The notes beneath the pieces were generated by a model. That model was not told the origin of the DNA. It did no database searches and saw only the letters and a program-made list of their open reading frames with translations. This document shows positions 59,162-64,000 of a stretch of 64,000 nt of DNA, piece after piece; the stretch's first letter is position 1; each line of letters starts with the position of its first letter. Both the position numbers and the translations under genes were made by a program. The DNA is taken from assembly GCA_046760105.1 (NCBI GenBank), contig JBHIDJ010000003.1, positions 19,718 to 83,717 on the forward strand, written 5' to 3'. The stretch is from Acidiferrobacterales bacterium (lineage in GTDB: Bacteria > Pseudomonadota > Gammaproteobacteria > Acidiferrobacterales > SPGG2).

Positions 59162-59832
59162 GCACTAGTGTCACACGTTTATTGACCTCCTGGCCCTGGC
59201 GGTGCATCTATTGCGCTGCCAGGGTCAGCGTCTTAGGGCAATTTGCCAGGGGAAGAACCGGTCGCCCATGATACGAGCGCATGGATGCCGGTCAACGTAA
59301 TCCTAGCTTGGCTGCAACACAACCTGCTTGTTTTGCGACAGCTCGCGTTTCACGCGCTACTTCGTAGAGAACCAGGAGAGCGACATGCTGCTTACCATAA
59401 AGACTAATCAAATCGGTCTAGTGTCACACGATCGTCCTTATCGCAGGGCAAGTATACGCGAACTATGCCGAGAGCGAGATTAAACACAGAGAGCTATGAG
59501 GTCACGGATGCCTATGGGGGCTGTGCTTAAAGGCAGACTTTCTGACCAAATTGGAGGCCGGAAGCCAACTGGTGACAAGAATACTTTCCGTATCGGGCGG
59601 GAGGAGAATGACTCAAATTCGATTGGTGATGAGGCGTAGGGACGGCACGGAGAGAAAGCCAGTGTGACCCGGGGGGAGTGCTGTAGTCTCCTTGCTCCAT
59701 GAGGGGTAAGATTGGTGGAGGTACACGAAGCAGAAACCGAATACCGAGGAGGCAGCGGATCGAGCGCCGAGCTACGGGTCTGTTAGCTCTCGGAGACCGG
59801 ACTCTTTGACCGCTGCGCAAAGGAGGGGAACT

Positions 59833-61206
59833 ATGGGAGGCATAAAGGTCCAGAACTGGAAACGCGCGATTACATACTACGCCAAGGTTGTGGAGGTGGT
59901 GCACAGCGTCGACGACATCGTCCGGATCGTCAAGGACAAGCAGCGGTATCCCTCCCCCGTCCGAGTGAAGGGATCCCATCACTCCACCACCCGCTGCATC
60001 GTGGCAGAGGACGGCACGGTCATCGACATCACCAAGATGAACCAGATCCTCGACATCGACGAGAAGGCGAAGACCATTACGATGCAGGCGGGTGTGTTCC
60101 ACATCGACGCCGCCCGTGAGCTGGAGAAGCACAATTTGCAATTCTACGTGAACGTGGAGATAGGCAACCTCACGGTGGGCAGCGGCGCCTGTGGGGCTAC
60201 TAAGGACGCTTCGTATTTTTCCGAGGAGTTGGGGAAATACGAGTTCGGTCAGGTTGCTTCCTACGTGGTGGGATTGAAGGCGGTGCTCCCCAGTGGGGAG
60301 ATCCTAGAGGTCACCGAGGACCAAGGGGAGCTGTTGGAGGTGATGCGTTCGAGCTACGGGATGCTCGGGATCATCTTCGAGGTCACCTACAAGGTCAAAG
60401 AGATCAAACCTATGGCGGTGGAGCACGTCTCCTACCATGTCGATGAATTCGCCGACCGGCTCGATGAGCTGATCGGTGGGAACCGATCGATGATGCTCTA
60501 CCTCTTCCCCTTCCTCGACCGTGTGGTGGTCGAATACCGTTACGACGGGAGTGGCCCAATCACCTCGAACAGTTGGCAGTGGCGGCTCCGGAACTGGGTC
60601 TGGAAGACGGCGGGCCCTGCCTTCGGGAAGACCGTAACCACGTTCATACCCTTCAAGGGGATTCGATACTGGCTGATAGACCGCTTCAACCAGCTTACCC
60701 AGGCGCTCATGCCCTGGGTGCTGCGGGGCTGTCACACCAGTCCCGTCGATCAGATCATCCGCTACCCGGAGACCGCAGGCTACGCGTCCTACACCTTCAG
60801 CATCTGGGCTTTCCCACGGGAGGAGTACCCTCAGACCATCCGAGCCTACTACCGGTTCTGCAAGGATTACTACAAGGAGAACGGTTACCGTTGTGATCTG
60901 TTAAACGTGGGCTACAACATCGCAAAGGACACAAGCTCTCTCTTTTCTTACACCAGCAAGGGCCCGGCACTCACCCTCGACCCAGTCTCCACCGCCTCGA
61001 AAGGCTGGTTCGCGTTCCTGACCGCCTATAACGAGTTCTGCATCCAGCACAACGGGACCCCCTTGTTCAACCAGACCCCGAGGATCACACCGCTCCAAGC
61101 CAAGGCGGCCTTCGGCCCGGAGATCGAGAAGTTCCAAGAGTACCGCCGAAAGTACGACCCCGAAGACCGGTTCTACATCGAGTATTTCCGGAAGCGGTTC
61201 GAGTAG
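59833..61206 (+). CDS. FAD-linked oxidase (PCMH-type FAD-binding domain; aldonolactone-oxidase-like)
   Basis: VQNWKRAI...VVEVVHSVDDIVRIVKD......VRVKGSHHS...IDITKMNQILDID...ITMQAGV fits the FAD_binding_4 N-terminus. The C-terminus ends ...YRRKYDPEDRFYIEYF, like ALO/GULO-type oxidases. An AAAGGAGGGG Shine-Dalgarno precedes the ATG at 59833. Confidence 0.85.
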   Translation: MGGIKVQNWKRAITYYAKVVEVVHSVDDIVRIVKDKQRYPSPVRVKGSHHSTTRCIVAEDGTVIDITKMNQILDIDEKAKTITMQAGVFHIDAARELEKHNLQFYVNVEIGNLTVGSGACGATKDASYFSEELGKYEFGQVASYVVGLKAVLPSGEILEVTEDQGELLEVMRSSYGMLGIIFEVTYKVKEIKPMAVEHVSYHVDEFADRLDELIGGNRSMMLYLFPFLDRVVVEYRYDGSGPITSNSWQWRLRNWVWKTAGPAFGKTVTTFIPFKGIRYWLIDRFNQLTQALMPWVLRGCHTSPVDQIIRYPETAGYASYTFSIWAFPREEYPQTIRAYYRFCKDYYKENGYRCDLLNVGYNIAKDTSSLFSYTSKGPALTLDPVSTASKGWFAFLTAYNEFCIQHNGTPLFNQTPRITPLQAKAAFGPEIEKFQEYRRKYDPEDRFYIEYFRKRFE

Positions 61207-61211
61207 CAGCT

Positions 61212-62078
61212 CGGGCGGTCTAGAAAGAGTGGCAGCAATGCGCTACCAGCACTACAAATCGCTCAGGTGGTTCCGCATTACTGTCGGGCTTGGTTTCGTG
61301 GGCAACATGATCTTCGTGCTACCCGCCCTCTTCGCTCCCCGGTACCTGGAGACACTGATTGAGGTCGGGACGACCAACACACTCCACTGGCTGCAGAACG
61401 TCGGGATCCTGCTGCTGATCATCACGATCATGTACATCCCGGCGATCAAGGATCCTTTCCGCTACCTCTTCATCTCGTACCTGCTCGTGGCAGGTCGATT
61501 TTCTGCTGGACTACTCTTCTTGCTGGGAGTTCTGTTCATGAACTACCCCTCAGGTATGTTGGTCCTTTCGGGCAGCGATCTCATCCTATCAAGCATCCAA
61601 GCTGTCCTTCTCTACTTCATGCTCCGGGACGGGGATCCCCGGGCGGTCTAGAAAGAGTGGCAGCAATGCGCTACCAGCACTACAAATCGCTCAGGTGGTT
61701 CCGCATTACTGTCGGGCTTGGTTTCGTGGGCAACATGATCTTCGTGCTACCCGCCCTCTTCGCTCCCCGGTACCTGGAGACACTGATTGAGGTCGGGACG
61801 ACCAACACACTCCACTGGCTGCAGAACGTCGGGATCCTGCTGCTGATCATCACGATCATGTACATCCCGGCGATCAAGGATCCTTTCCGCTACCTCTTCA
61901 TCTCGTACCTGCTCGTGGCAGGTCGATTTTCTGCTGGACTACTCTTCTTGCTGGGAGTTCTGTTCATGAACTACCCCTCAGGTATGTTGGTCCTTTCGGG
62001 CAGCGATCTCATCCTATCAAGCATCCAAGCTGTCCTTCTCTACTTCATGCTCCGGGACGGGGATCCCCGGGCGGTCTA
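61212..62078 (+). repeat. Perfect tandem duplication: 2 x 428 bp plus an 11-bp third-copy stub
   Basis: Unit 61212..61639 equals 61640..62067, judged from identical sense and antisense ORF translations at a 428-nt offset. All three junctions share CGGGCGGTCTA (61212, 61640, 62068). Confidence 0.9.
61229..61651 (+). CDS. Small 4-TM membrane protein, copy 1
   Basis: ~137-140 aa with four hydrophobic helices (ITVGLGFVGNMIFVLPALFA, VGILLLIITIMYIPAI, LFISYLLVAGRFSAGLLFLLGVLF, LVLSGSDLILSSIQAVLLYFML). The start is the GTG at 61229 or the ATG at 61238. No family recognised. Confidence 0.65.
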   Translation: MAAMRYQHYKSLRWFRITVGLGFVGNMIFVLPALFAPRYLETLIEVGTTNTLHWLQNVGILLLIITIMYIPAIKDPFRYLFISYLLVAGRFSAGLLFLLGVLFMNYPSGMLVLSGSDLILSSIQAVLLYFMLRDGDPRAV

Positions 62079-62082
62079 CTGA
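61657..62082 (+). CDS. Small 4-TM membrane protein, copy 2 (identical except for one extra C-terminal Tyr)
   Basis: Same sequence as copy 1. It ends ...DPRAVY* because the duplication junction changes the stop context. Confidence 0.65.
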   Translation: MAAMRYQHYKSLRWFRITVGLGFVGNMIFVLPALFAPRYLETLIEVGTTNTLHWLQNVGILLLIITIMYIPAIKDPFRYLFISYLLVAGRFSAGLLFLLGVLFMNYPSGMLVLSGSDLILSSIQAVLLYFMLRDGDPRAVY

Positions 62083-62108
62083 CGCCTGCCCGCAACGGAA
62101 GGCCGAAC

Positions 62109-63689
62109 ATGGAAACCTTCGACCGACTCACGCCTCAGGAGAGCCGCCTTCACGGCCGGCGCTTTCGCCTTGCCTGCGGAATCGCGGTCATCGGCATCTT
62201 GGGGTTGCTGGCCTTTTTCAATGCTTTCGCCTCTAACCGTCCTGTCGACTACGAGAGCGATGAGGACCACTTCTACTACGGCTCCATCGGCTCCGATATC
62301 TCCGGGGGTTTGCCCCTCAAGGTGATGCAGGTTCTCCCGGCGATGTTCCCCGAGTACCTTCCGACGGGGGCCGAGCGACACGACTACACGGTCTTCGGAT
62401 TCATTCAGGAGCCTGGGGCGAAGATGCCCATCGGCTTCTCCATCCGCCAACAGTTTATCGACCTCACCTCGATCAACTGCGGGGTTTGCCACACCGGCTC
62501 CGTGCGCGAGACCGTCGACAGCGAGCCTGTGATCATTCCGGCCATGCCGGCGAACACCATGGACTTACTCGCCTTTTTCGAGTTCCTCTTCGACTGCGCC
62601 GGGGACCAACGGTTCAACAGCGAGGAGATCCTCGCCGCAATGGAGAAGGCCGATATCTCTGGGCCCCTTGACGGTCTGATCTACCGTTTCGTGATCCCAC
62701 GCATGAAGGAGGGGCTGCTCGCGCGGTCCAAGAAGATCAGCTTCCTGTTCGAGCCGGATTACCCCCGTTTCGGGCCGGGCAGGGTCAACACCTTCGACAC
62801 CTTCAAGTACGATCAGTTCGCATATTACTACCAGGCCCACGGCCAGGAGATCGACCCGGACGAAATCTACGGCACGGTGGCCCTCCCGTCGATCTGGAAT
62901 CAAGCCGCCCGGGAGGGTCTGAAGCTCCATTGGGACGGAAACAACTCTTCCGTCCGGGAACGGAATTTCAGCGCCGCCATCGGCGCAGGCGCTAAGCCGC
63001 AGGACATGGACATCGAGCGAATGTTTCGGATCGAGAGATGGCTCGCCACCCTTCCTCCACCCGCCTACCCCTTTTCCATCGACGAGAAGAAGGCGAAGCA
63101 GGGCGAGGCTATCTACAAAAAGTACTGCCTCGATTGCCACGACTTCACGGGGAAGCAGGTGGGACAGGTCTTCCCGCTCGCGAAGATCGGCACGGACCGT
63201 CACCGTCTGGATTCTTACACGCAGTTTCTGCTGGAAGCCCAGCAGGACTACACCGAGGGTTATTTCTGGTCCTTCACCCACTTCACCAAGACCCACGGCT
63301 ACGCAAGCCAGCCCCTTGATGGCATCTGGGCCCGGGCGCCTTACCTGCACAACGGCTCGGTTCCCACGATGTGGGATCTCCTGACCCCTGCCGAGGAGCG
63401 TCCCCAGGCGTTCACCATCGGCGGAGACGTCTACGACCAGGAGAAGATGGGGTTCGTGCACGAGGCGCTGACCGGTTCTCCAGAATCCGGCTACATCCGC
63501 AACGACGGGAGCTCTTACACAGGGACGGCCTTCGTGCTCGATACGAACCTTCGGTCGAACAGCAGCCAGGGCCACACGGGGCCTGCCTACGGCACGGAGC
63601 TCAGCGACGACCAGAAGCGAGCCCTGATCGAGTATTTCAAGTGGCAGGACCGCCCTAGTGGGCGTCCCGTACAAACCTCAGGAGAGTAG
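62109..63689 (+). CDS. Membrane-anchored di-haem c-type cytochrome (CCP/MauG/RoxA-like oxidoreductase superfamily)
   Basis: N-terminal TM anchor (ACGIAVIGILGLLAFF). Two CxxCH haem motifs (SINCGVCHTG and KKYCLDCHDF). LHWDGNNSSVRERNFSAAIGAG and APYLHNGSVPTMWDLL blocks are typical of this uncharacterised di-haem family, from memory. Confidence 0.8.
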   Translation: METFDRLTPQESRLHGRRFRLACGIAVIGILGLLAFFNAFASNRPVDYESDEDHFYYGSIGSDISGGLPLKVMQVLPAMFPEYLPTGAERHDYTVFGFIQEPGAKMPIGFSIRQQFIDLTSINCGVCHTGSVRETVDSEPVIIPAMPANTMDLLAFFEFLFDCAGDQRFNSEEILAAMEKADISGPLDGLIYRFVIPRMKEGLLARSKKISFLFEPDYPRFGPGRVNTFDTFKYDQFAYYYQAHGQEIDPDEIYGTVALPSIWNQAAREGLKLHWDGNNSSVRERNFSAAIGAGAKPQDMDIERMFRIERWLATLPPPAYPFSIDEKKAKQGEAIYKKYCLDCHDFTGKQVGQVFPLAKIGTDRHRLDSYTQFLLEAQQDYTEGYFWSFTHFTKTHGYASQPLDGIWARAPYLHNGSVPTMWDLLTPAEERPQAFTIGGDVYDQEKMGFVHEALTGSPESGYIRNDGSSYTGTAFVLDTNLRSNSSQGHTGPAYGTELSDDQKRALIEYFKWQDRPSGRPVQTSGE

Positions 63690-63757
63690 TCAACTCAGGC
63701 GTCCCAGGTTAAAGGGCGAGCAGGGCTGTGGATGCTGCAGCTCTTTGGAGAAGGTCA

Positions 63758-64000
63758 ATGTATAAGATCCTTTTGTGCCACCGCCGGAAGAAAGGGCTCG
63801 GGTACGGCAAGTTCCACAATCACTGGATGGAACCGCGCAGCCGTCTGGTCCTTGACCTTCACGCGAAGCTGGGCTACAGCCGGTATGCACAGCTACACCA
63901 GGTCCGCCGGATAAACTTGCTCTACCAAGGGATCCGATTCACTCGGAGCCCGGTGGTCACCGCTTTGCTTTCCGTGATTCAGGGCAAAAAGGTACCTAAG
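63758..64000 (+). CDS. EthD-like protein, N-terminal 81 codons; the gene runs off the right edge
   Basis: Hand translation from the ATG at 63758 (GGAGAAGG Shine-Dalgarno) gives MYKILLCHRRKKGLGYGKFHNHWMEPRSRLVLDLHAKLGYSRYAQLHQ..., which fits the EthD pattern (M.K...L.KRK.G.s.eeF..hW...H..l.....g..rY.Q.H). It is absent from the track because it has no stop. Confidence 0.45.
   Translation, partial: MYKILLCHRRKKGLGYGKFHNHWMEPRSRLVLDLHAKLGYSRYAQLHQVRRINLLYQGIRFTRSPVVTALLSVIQGKKVPK

Noticed and set aside
59527-60141. 204-aa minus-strand ORF bridging the leader and the FAD-oxidase 5' end
   Set aside because: It is antisense to a well-supported FAD-binding N-terminus. Its sequence is low-complexity (runs of V/D/H/L/G) and it has no RBS.
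62565-63674. 369-aa minus-strand ORF
   Set aside because: It lies entirely antisense to the di-haem cytochrome gene. Its sequence is Arg/Val/Gly-rich with no motifs, typical of stop-free antisense frames in GC3-rich genes. The plus strand has two CxxCH motifs and conserved family blocks.

Overview
The window looks like a contiguous piece of a moderately GC-rich proteobacterial chromosome, most likely gammaproteobacterial judging by gene order. I found no rRNA, no intact tRNA, no CRISPR array and no recognisable transposase or integrase. Positions 1 to about 31.2 kb are conserved housekeeping genes: ubiE-ubiJ-ubiB, a Pit phosphate transporter pair, hemB, adk, a PPi-dependent PFK plus H+-pyrophosphatase, hspQ, ctaA, moeA, add, a patatin, hflD, gatCAB, mreBCD-mrdA-rodA-mltB-rlpA, a class IV aminotransferase and lipB. 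From about 31.3 kb to the end the content is accessory. It holds c-di-GMP and cNMP signalling genes, a TatT-type TRAP transporter, a secreted PLD, eukaryote-like repeat proteins (ANK, FN3, TPR, Sel1 x2), several gene fragments, and a compositionally distinct redox operon that runs off the right edge. The observations I rank highest are these. (1) A divergent SHMT-fold PLP enzyme is fused to a cyclic-nucleotide-binding domain; it is flanked by 86-bp direct repeats and sits next to a CRP-like regulator. (2) A TGTGA-N5-TCACA palindrome recurs at five intergenic sites in the accessory half. (3) A histidine kinase, a CheY-like REC and a REC-class III cyclase form one module. (4) An FAD-oxidase / small membrane protein / di-haem cytochrome c / EthD-like operon contains a perfect 428-bp tandem duplication. 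(5) Adenylate kinase carries a roughly 82-residue histone-H1-like poly-Lys tail. (6) A three-gene operon includes a 58-aa acidic ORF too short for the supplied track. All calls rest on hand translation and motif recall; no database search was possible.
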